Part shown: positions 1 to 9,525 of the stretch, in pieces | Numbering within the stretch: position 1 is the first letter of the stretch | Layout of the letters: the number at the start of each line of letters is the position of its first letter | Origin: a virus | Lineage: Duplodnaviria; Caudoviricetes | IMG/VR virus record: IMGVR_UViG_3300005326_000088 | Coordinates: 1 to 38,420 of that record | Length of the DNA stretch: 38,420 bases | Strand: one strand, 5' to 3' | Notes under the pieces: generated by a model | What the model was told of the DNA's origin: nothing | Seen by the model: the letters and a program-made list of their open reading frames with translations, nothing else | Databases searched by the model: none | Translations under genes and position numbers: made by a program

Positions 1-122
1 AAACAATATACTGCATGATTAAAGACGGACGACTCAAGGCACACCACATGAGCGAAAAGAGCATCAGAATAGACCCCAAAGACCTGCATGAGTGCGCATG
101 TGGCAGACAAACAACTACATAA
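1..122 (+). CDS. Excisionase-like HTH DNA-binding protein (3' part)
   Basis: Frame 3 reads TIYCMIKDGRLKAHHMSEKSIRIDPKDL...*, resembling Xis/HTH_17 C-termini; truncated by the window start. Confidence 0.6.
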   Translation, partial: TIYCMIKDGRLKAHHMSEKSIRIDPKDLHECACGRQTTT

Positions 123-179
123 GCAAAGTCGAAGTTGCTCGACAGTTGGCTAATTAAAAACAAAATAGGAGGAAAGATT

Positions 180-431
180 ATGAATAAGACAATGCGCGAA
201 ACAAGTAAGGCTGTTGAGGGATTAACTCTCAAAAACGGGAACACGGTATCTGTACTCGACGGTGCAACAAAGCGTTATGTCAAAGCAACCGTACTGTGCG
301 AGATACCAACGAGCGAGTATGAAATTGCAAAGTATGCCCTTGCTGTCAAGGTTGGCGGAAAAAAGTCTACGCTTGTGTGTGACATTACAGCAATCCATGA
401 CGCAAGCATTATCGGACAGTTGGCTAATTAA
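180..431 (+). CDS. Hypothetical phage protein
   Basis: RBS GGAGG then ATG at 180; in the early operon. Confidence 0.7.
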   Translation: MNKTMRETSKAVEGLTLKNGNTVSVLDGATKRYVKATVLCEIPTSEYEIAKYALAVKVGGKKSTLVCDITAIHDASIIGQLAN

Positions 432-445
432 AGGAGGGTAAAAAC

Positions 446-1051
446 ATTAATATTGAATACCGTTTGGTTAATAACAAATCTGCATTTACAACGCTAGGTG
501 CAAGCAATCACACGGACAAAGAAAGAGAAACAAACGACTATTATGCAACAGAACCTAAAGCCGCAGAACTGCTTTGCAAATTAGAAACGTTTTCTCCGAA
601 CATATGGGAATGTGCTTGCGGAGAAGGACACCTTTCAGAAGTGTTTAAGGCTAACGGCTACAACGTGTACTCAAGCGATTTAATTAGCCGTGGATACGGA
701 ACTGGTGGAGTGGATTTTCTTGAACATTGCGAAATTTGGAGCGGAGATATTATTACAAACCCGCCATATAAATACGCAAAAGAATTTGTTGAACACGCAT
801 TATCAATCGTTCCAGATGGAAACAAAGTGGCTATGTTTCTTAAACTTACTTTTATGGAAAGTCAAACTAGAAGAGCGTTATTTGACAACCAACCGCCCAA
901 AACGATTTGGGTTTCATCTTCGAGATTGCAATGTGCAATGAATGGCGATTTTGATACATATAAAAAAGGCACAGGAACAGCAATCGCATACGCTTGGTAT
1001 GTTTGGGAAAAAGGATATACAGGACAAACATCTGTAAGATGGTTCAATTAA
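446..1051 (+). CDS. Orphan phage DNA amino-methyltransferase (N6-adenine type likely)
   Basis: Motif I-like WECACGEGH and catalytic DIITNPPY; RBS GGAGG at 433-437 fits an in-frame ATT at 446 better than the TTG at 464. Confidence 0.8.
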   Translation: MNIEYRLVNNKSAFTTLGASNHTDKERETNDYYATEPKAAELLCKLETFSPNIWECACGEGHLSEVFKANGYNVYSSDLISRGYGTGGVDFLEHCEIWSGDIITNPPYKYAKEFVEHALSIVPDGNKVAMFLKLTFMESQTRRALFDNQPPKTIWVSSSRLQCAMNGDFDTYKKGTGTAIAYAWYVWEKGYTGQTSVRWFN

Positions 1052-1063
1052 GGAGGACAACCC

Positions 1064-1165
1064 ATGAACACCCGCATATATTACGCATTAGAATTCGCCG
1101 TTGCAATGTTTCTCGGTTTGGGATTGGTTTTAGCTGCACCCATAATTGCAGAGTTGGTGAGGTAA
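1064..1165 (+). CDS. 33-aa membrane peptide (not in ORF track)
   Basis: AAGGAGG RBS; MNTRIYYALEFAVAMFLGLGLVLAAPIIAELVR*. Confidence 0.65.
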   Translation: MNTRIYYALEFAVAMFLGLGLVLAAPIIAELVR

Positions 1166-1169
1166 CAAC

Positions 1170-1358
1170 ATGACAAACTGCCCCATAGATTGCCCCACAC
1201 GCACAGCAGGCTGTCAAATATCCTGCCCCATATCAAAGGCACACGAAGCCGAGAAACACGCCAGATACGCAAAGCAACAGGCAGAGCGCATATCACAGGA
1301 TATACATATCAATGCCATTTTAAAGGCGAAAAGGAAGAGGCATTTAGTTTATGGATAG
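1170..1358 (+). CDS. Small Cys-rich hypothetical protein
   Basis: GAGGT RBS; C-x3-C...GC-x3-C pattern common in Clostridia phage early genes. Confidence 0.65.
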   Translation: MTNCPIDCPTRTAGCQISCPISKAHEAEKHARYAKQQAERISQDIHINAILKAKRKRHLVYG

Positions 1359-1367
1359 AAAGGAAGT

Positions 1368-1718
1368 GTGGCGGTGTTGAAAAATCCAAACGACATTCCG
1401 TTAGAGGACGTGGAGGCTCTGTACAAATTTCTTCAAGGAGAAGTGCCTGAGTGTCTGCAAATTGACTATCCTCCCAAATTATCTGAACAAGAGGCTTTTA
1501 GCATCATTTATTATTTGCAAGAAGTTTTATTTTTGTTGCCAGACCGCTATGAGCGTTGCGATAAGTGTGGAGATTTATACGACTCCAATCAAGAGGGAGC
1601 AACAATTAGCGAGGATTCCGAGCCGCATATTGTCGAAGACGACGACGGAAATGAAATAGAAAAAGCGTGGGACGAATCTGAATATGGCTTTTATTGCGAT
1701 TGCTGCAGACCCGATTAA
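1368..1718 (+). CDS. Acidic hypothetical protein with CxxC...CxxC zinc ribbon
   Basis: CDKC and CDCC; operon position. Confidence 0.7.
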   Translation: MAVLKNPNDIPLEDVEALYKFLQGEVPECLQIDYPPKLSEQEAFSIIYYLQEVLFLLPDRYERCDKCGDLYDSNQEGATISEDSEPHIVEDDDGNEIEKAWDESEYGFYCDCCRPD

Positions 1719-1744
1719 AATAACCACAACATGAAAGGAGCATT

Positions 1745-2101
1745 ATGGACAAGCCAAAAGTATTTATCCGCGCAGAAGTCGTGCCAGTAAAGAAAATTCA
1801 TGTTCATTGGTATTATCGCAAAACCGAACCCAAACAGTGGAAGATTGACCGCTGCTTATCATTCTTTTTCGATAACGGTTATTTTCAAGATGTAATCACA
1901 ATTGACGAAGACGGCTACCTTGATGATGGCTACATAAAATATTTGTTTCTGCTTTACTCAGGCGTTGAAAAAACAAAAGTCATGCACGTTGTTGTGAAAG
2001 AAACGGTTAAGCCGATAGTTGAAACACCGATAACACCGCCCGAACCGATAAAGAAGCCGACTTGGTTTCAGAGGTTAAGGCAAGATTTGAGGAGTGCGTG
2101 A
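1745..2101 (+). CDS. Hypothetical protein
   Basis: AAAGGAG RBS; LDDGY motif weakly ParB/Srx-like. Confidence 0.65.
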   Translation: MDKPKVFIRAEVVPVKKIHVHWYYRKTEPKQWKIDRCLSFFFDNGYFQDVITIDEDGYLDDGYIKYLFLLYSGVEKTKVMHVVVKETVKPIVETPITPPEPIKKPTWFQRLRQDLRSA

Positions 2102-2114
2102 AAGGAGAAAGTAC

Positions 2115-2339
2115 ATGCCAACTAAAACAGCACAAGGCGTATGCAGAGCCAGAGGAACCGATAACGCTTGCTTGATGCAAGTCATAGTTACAACGGCATT
2201 ATGCGGTTTTGGAACACCTGACGACCCCGCCAGAAGAATAATGCAATATTGGGATTTGCAAGGGAATCTATTGGCGGTTAACGACCCGCTTTCGGAGCTT
2301 AAAGAAATTCCAAAAAATGATGAACCCGACAACGCATAA
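2115..2339 (+). CDS. Hypothetical phage protein
   Basis: AAAGGAG RBS before ATG 2115; G-x-GT-x-DDP-x-R...QYWDL-x-G-x-LLA-x2-DP motif typical of phage hypotheticals. Confidence 0.7.
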   Translation: MPTKTAQGVCRARGTDNACLMQVIVTTALCGFGTPDDPARRIMQYWDLQGNLLAVNDPLSELKEIPKNDEPDNA

Positions 2340-2425
2340 AAACAGCCCCTAACGATTGCACTCGTTAAGGGCGATTGGGAAAAGTAACTAACCGCATTAT
2401 AAGCGGAATTGAAAGGAAAAGTCAA
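2338..2425 (-). promoter_or_regulatory. Antisense sigma-A promoter plus terminator (short counter-transcript)
   Basis: Minus strand TTGACT(2425-2420)-18 nt-TATAAT(2401-2396), then hairpin GCCCTTAACGA..TCGTTAGGGGC and T-run. Confidence 0.7.
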
Positions 2426-2427
2426 GT

Positions 2428-2676
2428 ATGAATGAATATTGGTCTGCTCACACAGGCGCGGAATATGAAGCAATGTTACATTCGCAACAAATGGACAATT
2501 ACTCGTATCAGTGCGAAAGAACCGCGCCGCACGTTATTCACAACGCGCAAATTATAAAAGACGGAAACGCATGGCTTTGCATTCTTGGAGATTTGCCAAC
2601 GGGAGTTGTTGGAGTTGGAGATACTCCAAAACAAGCGTGTGATGATTTTGATAGGGCTTGGTGTGCAAATGCTTAA
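2428..2676 (+). CDS. Hypothetical protein (C-terminus HicB-like: GVGDTPKQAC)
   Basis: ORF with RBS; DGNAWLC...GVVGVGDTP motif. Confidence 0.65.
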   Translation: MNEYWSAHTGAEYEAMLHSQQMDNYSYQCERTAPHVIHNAQIIKDGNAWLCILGDLPTGVVGVGDTPKQACDDFDRAWCANA

Positions 2677-2824
2677 CGCTTGCCCCGAACACCCCGACAT
2701 ATCCCACGCATTACGCACAGGCGAACCATTAGAGGTTAAATATCCAGAGCGTGACGATGTTGTCGAGGTTGATGTTGCGGAAATCAGAAATAAACAAATG
2801 AAAGGTGATACATATGAAAGTTAA
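2669..2824 (+). CDS. Small hypothetical protein
   Basis: Overlapping start; EHPDISHALRTG motif seen in Clostridia phages. Confidence 0.6.
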   Translation: MLNACPEHPDISHALRTGEPLEVKYPERDDVVEVDVAEIRNKQMKGDTYES

Positions 2825-3656
2825 ATGCACAGGATACAAGCAAAATCGCGAGAAATATTTTACTATCGGCAAGATTTATGAGGTTAACGCTGACGGCACG
2901 TTAACGGATGATACAAATTTTAAGTACACAGCCCTTGTGTGTGGCACAAATCCAAACGATTGGATATTGTCACATTATTACGAGTTTGAAACCATTACAG
3001 CCGACACCTACGAACTCCACATCACTTGCAACGATGGCAAGACCACAAATGCAGTTTACAAAGTCAACGGCAAGATTGAGAAACGTACAGAAGCCGTTTG
3101 TTGTCCGTCAGATACGTTTGATTTTGCTATCGGCGCACAGACAGCGTTTGACAGAGTTTTTCCGAAGCCGATAAACATTCAATCAGACACTCACCCTTGC
3201 GCTACACAGCCTATCGCGCCGCAGGAGGACAAGTCAAGGTTTAAGGTTGGGGATAAAGTAAAAGTCACAAAGCCTATTTGGGGCTGCGGATGCGCTCAGG
3301 ATGTTGTTGGTATAGTGACCGACGAGCCATACACAAATGGTTTAGTGCCAGATTGGAACAAAGGCGTTGAACTTGTAAACGTACTCAATGCTAAAGGTCG
3401 TATTTATAGTGTTAACGCTGATGGTGTTGAACCCTACACCGAACCCGAAAAAGAGCCAGAGCCAGTTTATTTTAGTGGCGCAGCAATTGCAATAATTAAC
3501 GAAATTGACATAACGAAAGGAAAGCAATACACATTTGAAAACGGATATATGACCGACAATGATAAAACAAAAAGACCAATGCGGCGCGACCCAATAAAAT
3601 CCGTTTCTGACGATTGGTTTAAAATAAGATTCATCCCCTATCTCGGTGAAGCGTGA
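2814..3656 (+). CDS. Multi-domain hypothetical phage protein
   Basis: AAAGGTGA RBS; FTIGKIYEV and FKVGDKV SH3-like starts plus A-x-C-x-P-x-D-x-FDF-x2-GA domain. Confidence 0.75.
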   Translation: MKVKCTGYKQNREKYFTIGKIYEVNADGTLTDDTNFKYTALVCGTNPNDWILSHYYEFETITADTYELHITCNDGKTTNAVYKVNGKIEKRTEAVCCPSDTFDFAIGAQTAFDRVFPKPINIQSDTHPCATQPIAPQEDKSRFKVGDKVKVTKPIWGCGCAQDVVGIVTDEPYTNGLVPDWNKGVELVNVLNAKGRIYSVNADGVEPYTEPEKEPEPVYFSGAAIAIINEIDITKGKQYTFENGYMTDNDKTKRPMRRDPIKSVSDDWFKIRFIPYLGEA

Positions 3657-3871
3657 TGGATGTTGAGGAAATAAAAGCAAGATTGCAAACGGCTGATAAA
3701 GAAACTTTTTGGGAAGATGTAAATTCAAATTTAGTCTTTGAGGACATACCCGCGCTTATATCCGAAGTTGAACGCCTGACAACTAAACTAACCGAAACCA
3801 CCGCAGAACGTGACGCATTGTTGAAGTCGTTTAAGGTGAAGCCTGTTGGGTTGGAAGAAAGGGGAGATTAG
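3653..3871 (+). CDS. Hypothetical protein
   Basis: Coupled ORF; DIPALISEVERL coiled-coil motif. Confidence 0.65.
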   Translation: MMDVEEIKARLQTADKETFWEDVNSNLVFEDIPALISEVERLTTKLTETTAERDALLKSFKVKPVGLEERGD

Positions 3872-3873
3872 TA

Positions 3874-4251
3874 ATGGAAAGATTGACTTATAGACTGGCA
3901 TCTGGCGCAACAAACCTTATGGGAATTGCCGAAGCAAAGACCCCTTTTGAAAAAGCGGTTTTAAGACAAGACGGATGGGAGCGCCTTGCAAACTATGAAG
4001 ACATTGGCACAGTCGAGGACTTCCAACGGCTTGTTGCCAAGATGGTTAGCTGTCCCAAAGGATGGCGAGGAACGCGGGACACGAGATATATTTGCCCTTG
4101 TTGTAAAAAAGCGGTGCGGAACGATGAAAGCTATTGCCACAAATGCGGACAAGCTCTTTTGTTTCCAAAGCAAGTTTACGATAAGGAAAACAATAAGATT
4201 TGGCTTGACTTTAGCAAAGAAACAAAGGAGGCACTAAATAATGGCGTTTGA
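3874..4251 (+). CDS. Hypothetical protein with zinc ribbon
   Basis: MERLT...LANYED plus CPCC...YCHKCGQ. Confidence 0.75.
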   Translation: MERLTYRLASGATNLMGIAEAKTPFEKAVLRQDGWERLANYEDIGTVEDFQRLVAKMVSCPKGWRGTRDTRYICPCCKKAVRNDESYCHKCGQALLFPKQVYDKENNKIWLDFSKETKEALNNGV

Positions 4252-4546
4252 AAAGCTCGGCGTGGCAATCGAAATATCAGAAATCCAAAGAAAAATCGAT
4301 TCTCTAACAATTAGGCAAAACGAGTTAAAGTTGTCAATCTTGTGGCCTAAAACCAATTTTGAAATACTAAAAGCTATGCCCATTGATGAGCTTGCCGAGT
4401 TTTTAGATAACAATCGCAAACAAGCCTATGATGATATGCGCGCCGACAGAGACATTTATTACAAATCGCACAAAGAGGGCTGGAAAAGTTGGCTCGAAGA
4501 AGCAGCCGAAGCACTGGCAAAGGAGGACACCGCCAATGACAAATGA
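4241..4546 (+). CDS. Hypothetical protein
   Basis: AAGGAGG RBS; TNFE-x-LKAM-x2-DELAEFL motif. Confidence 0.7.
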   Translation: MAFEKLGVAIEISEIQRKIDSLTIRQNELKLSILWPKTNFEILKAMPIDELAEFLDNNRKQAYDDMRADRDIYYKSHKEGWKSWLEEAAEALAKEDTANDK

Positions 4547-4796
4547 AGAAGCAATCAACGGATTTGAGATTGACAACGCACTTTTAGGCAATTCGGAGCA
4601 AGGAACCATCGAAAGGAACAACTTGGCAATTATTGCCCTCCGTGAGCAAGCCGAGCGTGAAAAAGGGTGCTTATCTTGCAATAGTGATGAATGGTATTTT
4701 AACCGTTGGTGCTGGATTGATGAAAAAGGCGACCCATGCCATCAAAAGATTAAATTTTGCCCCATGTGTGGCAAACGATTGGAGGCAAGCCGATGA
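4536..4796 (+). CDS. Hypothetical protein with C-terminal FCPMCGKRL zinc ribbon
   Basis: AAGGAGG RBS before ATG 4536. Confidence 0.7.
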   Translation: MTNEEAINGFEIDNALLGNSEQGTIERNNLAIIALREQAEREKGCLSCNSDEWYFNRWCWIDEKGDPCHQKIKFCPMCGKRLEASR

Positions 4797-5071
4797 CAAA
4801 TGATTTGATAAGCCGCGAAAAATTAATAGATTGGTTTCGTCCATACGGTCAAAATGACGAACATATCCCATTTGAAGAGCTTGTTGTGTATACAAGAGAT
4901 GATGCTCCCGCCGTTGATGCGGTTGAGGTTGTCAGGTGTTCCGAGTGTGAATTTAAAAGCACAAAAGGTTGCGCGGAAGATACTATTGTTTGCGACAAAC
5001 TCGGCAACTTTTACAGCGTAAATCACGCCTGTAACGAGGGCAAGCGCAGAGAAAGCGAGAACACGCCATGA
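4793..5071 (+). CDS. Hypothetical phage protein
   Basis: ATGA coupling; DLISR...PAVDAVEVVRC-x-EC motif. Confidence 0.7.
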   Translation: MTNDLISREKLIDWFRPYGQNDEHIPFEELVVYTRDDAPAVDAVEVVRCSECEFKSTKGCAEDTIVCDKLGNFYSVNHACNEGKRRESENTP

Positions 5072-5523
5072 AAGACAAAATCTGTATCATTTGCGGCACA
5101 GAAATCAAAAATGCATATGGTCAAACGAAATACTGTCCGACTTGCCGAGAAATTGCAAGGCTTGAAACCATTCACAAATGGCAACACGCACAGAAAAAGC
5201 CAACACAAACAATCAAGTGTGTGCGTTGCGGAAAAGACATGTTGAAAATCGGCAATGTCAAAAAGTATTGTGAGGGTTGTCGAGTCGAAGCCAACCGCGA
5301 ACAAGCAAGAAAGTATGAAGCCGATAAGGCAAGCGGTAAGAGGTCGCCAGCAGTAACGCAAAAGCACAATACGCCTCTTAAAGGCGAATACCGAGAACAA
5401 GCATTTTACCCATTAGTTGCCGTTGTTCAACCTAAAACGGCTTTTACATACAGTCAGATTAAACAACTTGCTAATGCTAAAGGCGTGTCGTATGCCGAAC
5501 AAGCAAAGGCGATGGGATTATAG
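5068..5523 (+). CDS. Tandem zinc-finger hypothetical protein
   Basis: Two CxxCG...KYCxxC repeats. Confidence 0.7.
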   Translation: MKDKICIICGTEIKNAYGQTKYCPTCREIARLETIHKWQHAQKKPTQTIKCVRCGKDMLKIGNVKKYCEGCRVEANREQARKYEADKASGKRSPAVTQKHNTPLKGEYREQAFYPLVAVVQPKTAFTYSQIKQLANAKGVSYAEQAKAMGL

Positions 5524-5536
5524 GGAGGATTTTTTA

Positions 5537-6049
5537 ATGGCTGATAACGTAAAACACCCCAACCATTATTGCAAAGGCGGTTTGGAATGTATCGATGCCA
5601 TAAAAGCAGTGGTCAGCACAATTACAGACCCTTTTGAAGCGTATTGCACAGGCAACATCATCAAGTATATTTGGCGTTGGAACGACAAGAACGGCATTGA
5701 GGATTTGCGCAAAGCAATGCAGTACATAGAATTCGTTGAGCAGTATCGAACAAGCAAGCAAACCCCTGACCCCCTCGAAATGGGCGAAGAAGATGTATCA
5801 GAACCCATCGGATTTGCCGAAACAGCCACAGAACCGAGTGAGCCTGTCAAGGGGAAATATGAGGGGTTGAGTAATGATGAAATACTTGACAAAATTTGCT
5901 TAGGTCATCCCTGCAATGGATGCGTTATGGTGGAAATCGTACCCTCTGGCACGGCTTGCCGTTATTGGGTACATAACAACCCCGAAGAATTCCGCAAAAT
6001 CGCAATTGATTGGCTTGAGAAGCAAGATGGATTGGAGGGGAAAGCATGA
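5537..6049 (+). CDS. DUF3310 family protein with C-terminal extension
   Basis: DNVKHPNHY...ECIDAI...GNIIKYIWR...KNGIEDLRKA. Confidence 0.85.
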   Translation: MADNVKHPNHYCKGGLECIDAIKAVVSTITDPFEAYCTGNIIKYIWRWNDKNGIEDLRKAMQYIEFVEQYRTSKQTPDPLEMGEEDVSEPIGFAETATEPSEPVKGKYEGLSNDEILDKICLGHPCNGCVMVEIVPSGTACRYWVHNNPEEFRKIAIDWLEKQDGLEGKA

Positions 6050-6198
6050 GCGCATTATACACAGCTTTAGCATGGATAGTAATAATCGGAGGAACATTCG
6101 GGTTTTGTGTGCTTGCGCTGATGGTATCGGTTGAAATCCATAAAGCTATTGAACGCATTGTCAACCTGAGGAAGCCACAACCGCCAGAGGATAAGTAA
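6046..6198 (+). CDS. 50-aa membrane protein (not in ORF track)
   Basis: GGAGG RBS, ATGA overlap; MSALYTALAWIVIIGGTFGFCVLALMVSV... Confidence 0.6.
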   Translation: MSALYTALAWIVIIGGTFGFCVLALMVSVEIHKAIERIVNLRKPQPPEDK

Positions 6199-6213
6199 AA
6201 GGAGGGGTTGTAA

Positions 6214-6330
6214 ATGACAGAAAAAGAATACCGCCGAGAAAAGCGAGATAAGTTTATTTTCGTGTGCGTGTTGGTTGCGTGCGGTGGCGTGTGGGCGTGG
6301 ATGTTATTAACAACACTATTTAAAATATAA
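6214..6330 (+). CDS. 38-aa membrane protein (not in ORF track)
   Basis: AAGGAGG RBS; MTEKEYRREKRDKFIFVCVLVACGGVWAWMLLTTLFKI*. Confidence 0.6.
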   Translation: MTEKEYRREKRDKFIFVCVLVACGGVWAWMLLTTLFKI

Positions 6331-6346
6331 GGAGGAATATTAAAGA

Positions 6347-7780
6347 ATGAAAACAACTCGAATTACAATACGCAATTTGTTCGGAATTTCCGAATGTGAC
6401 CTTGATGGAAAAAGCATTGAACTGTCTGGCCCGAAAGGTTCCGGCAAAACATCGGTACTCGATTCAATCCGTTACGCGCTGACAAACCGCAGTGACCGTG
6501 ACTACATAATCAGACAGGGCGCAGACGAGGGCGAAATCATCATTGAAACCGACACGGGGTTATCCATTGACCGTAAAACCAGAACGACTAAAGCAGATTC
6601 AGTCAAGGTCAAAGATGGTTCGATGTTGCAGAGCCGACCATCTGAATTTCTTAACTGCATATTTACGCCGTTGCAGCTTAATCCGGTTGAATTTTGCGAA
6701 ATGAACAGGCAGGAGAAAAACCGCGTCATTCTTTCCCTTATCGAGTTTGCTTGGGACACCAACTGGATTCGTGAAAAGTTCGGTGAGATACCGCAGAACA
6801 TCGACTACTCAAAGCATATCCTTGAAGTCCTCGCAGATATACAGGCAGATAACGGCGCTTACTATCAGTCACGGCAGGAGATAAACAGCCGCAAGCTGCA
6901 TATTCGCAAATCTGTTGAAGATATTGCAATGACCATTCCGGCGGGCTATCAGTTTGAAAAGTGGGACAAGTATTCGCTTGGTGAGAAATATGCGGAGTTA
7001 GAAAAAATCAAAGAAAACAATTCCGTTATAGCCAGAGCAAAATCGTTCCGTGACGCTTACAACGACAAGAAGCGCGGCATTCAAGCCACAAGGGACATAG
7101 AGATAAACGCCGCCGAAAAGGCAATTCAGAGTGAACGCGAGGGGCTTAAATCTACCGTTGAGAGATTGAAAGCCGAAATAAAAGCCGCAGAGGACAAGAT
7201 GGCAAAGCTCGGCGATACCTTAAAGGATAAAACCGATGTTATCGAAGCGAACTATACTGCCGCAATTGCAAAGCTTGACGCTGATATTGGCATTTCAGAC
7301 AAGTACGCCGACAAGGAGCCTACTGATGTAACCGCGTTGACCGAAGAAATCACCACCGCCGAAGCTATGAAAAAGCACCTCAACGAATATTCTCGCATGA
7401 AATCCATGCAGACCGAAATTGATGCGCTCCAAGTCCAGAGTGACGAGTTAACCCGTAAGATTGAGATTGCCAGAGAGCTGCCGGGCGAAATCCTTAGAAC
7501 CGCTACAATTCCAATTGAGGGGCTATCGGTTGATTCGGACGGCGTTCCGCTTATTAACGGCTTGCCAATATCCAACCTATCTGATGGCGAATTGCTTGAC
7601 CTCTGCGTGGAAGTATCAATCAGCAAACCCGGACAGCTTCAAATCATCCTCATAGACGGTGCGGAAAAGCTCGATTCTGATAGCCGCGATAAGCTCTATA
7701 AGAAGTGCAAGGATAAGGGGCTACAGATTATAGCCACTCGCGTAACTGATTCTAATATCTTGGAGGTAACGGAACTATGA
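6347..7780 (+). CDS. SbcC/Rad50/SMC-like ABC ATPase
   Basis: Walker A GPKGSGKTS, long coiled coil, signature LSDGE, Walker B IILIDGAE. Confidence 0.85.
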   Translation: MKTTRITIRNLFGISECDLDGKSIELSGPKGSGKTSVLDSIRYALTNRSDRDYIIRQGADEGEIIIETDTGLSIDRKTRTTKADSVKVKDGSMLQSRPSEFLNCIFTPLQLNPVEFCEMNRQEKNRVILSLIEFAWDTNWIREKFGEIPQNIDYSKHILEVLADIQADNGAYYQSRQEINSRKLHIRKSVEDIAMTIPAGYQFEKWDKYSLGEKYAELEKIKENNSVIARAKSFRDAYNDKKRGIQATRDIEINAAEKAIQSEREGLKSTVERLKAEIKAAEDKMAKLGDTLKDKTDVIEANYTAAIAKLDADIGISDKYADKEPTDVTALTEEITTAEAMKKHLNEYSRMKSMQTEIDALQVQSDELTRKIEIARELPGEILRTATIPIEGLSVDSDGVPLINGLPISNLSDGELLDLCVEVSISKPGQLQIILIDGAEKLDSDSRDKLYKKCKDKGLQIIATRVTDSNILEVTEL

Positions 7781-8340
7781 GCGAACAAACCCACTGGAAA
7801 AAGCTGACCAACCCCGATTATCTCGGAGCCTATGCGCTCGAACCGGGGCAAGACATAACGGTAACAATCAAATCCGTAAAGGTTGAAAACATTATTGGAG
7901 CTGACGGCAAAAAAGAGGACTGTACGGTTGTGCGTTTTGTCGAGAACGTCAAACCAATGATACTCAATGTGACCAACGCAAAGACGCTCGAAAAGCTCTT
8001 TAAAACACCATTCATCGAAAACTGGTCTGGAAGAAAAATTCAAATCGGCGTTGAATCGGTCAAGGCGTTCGGGGACGTGGTCGATGCACTCCGTATCAGA
8101 AAGTTTCTTCCGCGCGAAACAGGAACAGCTAAATGTTCCGATTGCAAGTCGGATATTACGGCGGCAGGCGGCATGACACCGCAACAGGTCGTGGCGTTCA
8201 GCCAAAAGCGGTTTGGGGCAACATTGTGCGCCGCCTGTATGAAGAAGCGCGACGAAGCCAAGAAAGCCGCAGAGAAGCCCGCGGAAGAGCCTGTAAAGAT
8301 TGACGAAACCGCAGCCGTCGAAGCGGAGGTAGCAGAATGA
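7777..8340 (+). CDS. Putative ssDNA-binding/annealing protein
   Basis: Beta-rich N-domain (THWKK..NPDYLGAY..LNVTN) plus CxxC...CxxC; sits between ATPase and exonuclease. Confidence 0.45.
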   Translation: MSEQTHWKKLTNPDYLGAYALEPGQDITVTIKSVKVENIIGADGKKEDCTVVRFVENVKPMILNVTNAKTLEKLFKTPFIENWSGRKIQIGVESVKAFGDVVDALRIRKFLPRETGTAKCSDCKSDITAAGGMTPQQVVAFSQKRFGATLCAACMKKRDEAKKAAEKPAEEPVKIDETAAVEAEVAE

Positions 8341-9119
8341 TTCTGACCGAGGAAAACTATTTTAGCAAAGAAGCTCAATCACTCTATTTCGGGACAAGCC
8401 AGTTTAAATCCTTTATGAAGTGCGAGGACGGTGCGCTTGCGGAACTCAACGGCAAATGGGAACGCGAAGAATCAACTGCGCTACTGGTCGGTTCGTATGT
8501 TGACGCTCACTTTTCTGGAACACTGGATTTATTCAGAGCGCAGCACCCCGAAATCATTTCGTCTACTGGTAAAACAGCGGGACAGCTCAAAACTGATTAT
8601 CAGCAAGCCAACTACATAATTCAGCGTATCGAGCGCGACCCCGCGTTTATGGAAGCTATGTCCGGCGGCACACAGGCAATAATGACAGGCGAAATTGAGG
8701 GCGTTCCAGTAAAAATCAAGGTTGATAGCCTTAGACCAGACAGAATTGTTGATATGAAAATCATGCGAGATATGGCTGAAATATACGACAAGGAAATGCA
8801 CGAATGGCAACCGTTCTGGAAAGCGTGGGGCTACGACATTCAAGGCGCAATATATCAAGAAATTGTCCGGCAGAATACAGGCTTACTACTTCCGTTTGGT
8901 TTGGCTGTTGCCACTAAGGAAAAACCCGAACCAGACATTGCGTTAATCGAACTGCCCCAAGTTGTTCTGGACGAAGCGTTCGGAATTGTTCGAGCCAATA
9001 TCGTTTATTTCGATGGACTGAAAAAGAGCTTATATGAGCCGGAGCGGTGCGGTAACTGCGATTGGTGCCGCTCAACAAAAGTATTAACAGGATGGGAGAC
9101 CTTAATCAATGCTGAATAA
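8337..9119 (+). CDS. PD-(D/E)XK exonuclease (RecE/ExoVIII-like, DUF3799-type)
   Basis: KIKVD...IVDMK...GYDIQGAIYQ and C-terminal CGNCDWC. Confidence 0.85.
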   Translation: MILTEENYFSKEAQSLYFGTSQFKSFMKCEDGALAELNGKWEREESTALLVGSYVDAHFSGTLDLFRAQHPEIISSTGKTAGQLKTDYQQANYIIQRIERDPAFMEAMSGGTQAIMTGEIEGVPVKIKVDSLRPDRIVDMKIMRDMAEIYDKEMHEWQPFWKAWGYDIQGAIYQEIVRQNTGLLLPFGLAVATKEKPEPDIALIELPQVVLDEAFGIVRANIVYFDGLKKSLYEPERCGNCDWCRSTKVLTGWETLINAE

Positions 9120-9516
9120 AACAATCCTGCAGGGCAGACTTGTTCGTGACGTTGAGCTACGAACAACAGGCACAGGAACTTCCGTGGCAAGTTTTACGGT
9201 TGCGTGGTCGGAAAAATACAAGGAAACCGAAACAAAATGCTTTTTGCCTTGTACTGCTTGGAGAACAACGGGCGAGTTTGTACAGAAGTATTTCACAAAA
9301 GGTCAGGAGATTCTTGTTGAGGGTACGCTGTCAACCCGCGAGTGGGAAGACAAAGAGGGCAATAAGCGTTCCACAATCGAACTAACTGTTGACAAGGCTC
9401 ATTTCTGCGGTTCAAAAAGTTCTGGCGGTGGTGGTTTTTCTGAACCTACCGGTGGGGAGCAAGGTGGTTCGGCGTTCTCCGAACTTGACAACGGCGACGG
9501 CGACCTCCCGTTTTAG
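9109..9516 (+). CDS. ssb: Single-stranded DNA-binding protein
   Basis: MLNKTILQGRLVRDVELR OB fold; acidic DGDLPF tail. Confidence 0.95.
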   Translation: MLNKTILQGRLVRDVELRTTGTGTSVASFTVAWSEKYKETETKCFLPCTAWRTTGEFVQKYFTKGQEILVEGTLSTREWEDKEGNKRSTIELTVDKAHFCGSKSSGGGGFSEPTGGEQGGSAFSELDNGDGDLPF

Positions 9517-9525
9517 GCGGTGCAA

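Noticed and set aside
446-1051. Restriction-modification system
   Set aside because: No adjacent endonuclease; orphan methyltransferases are common in phage early regions
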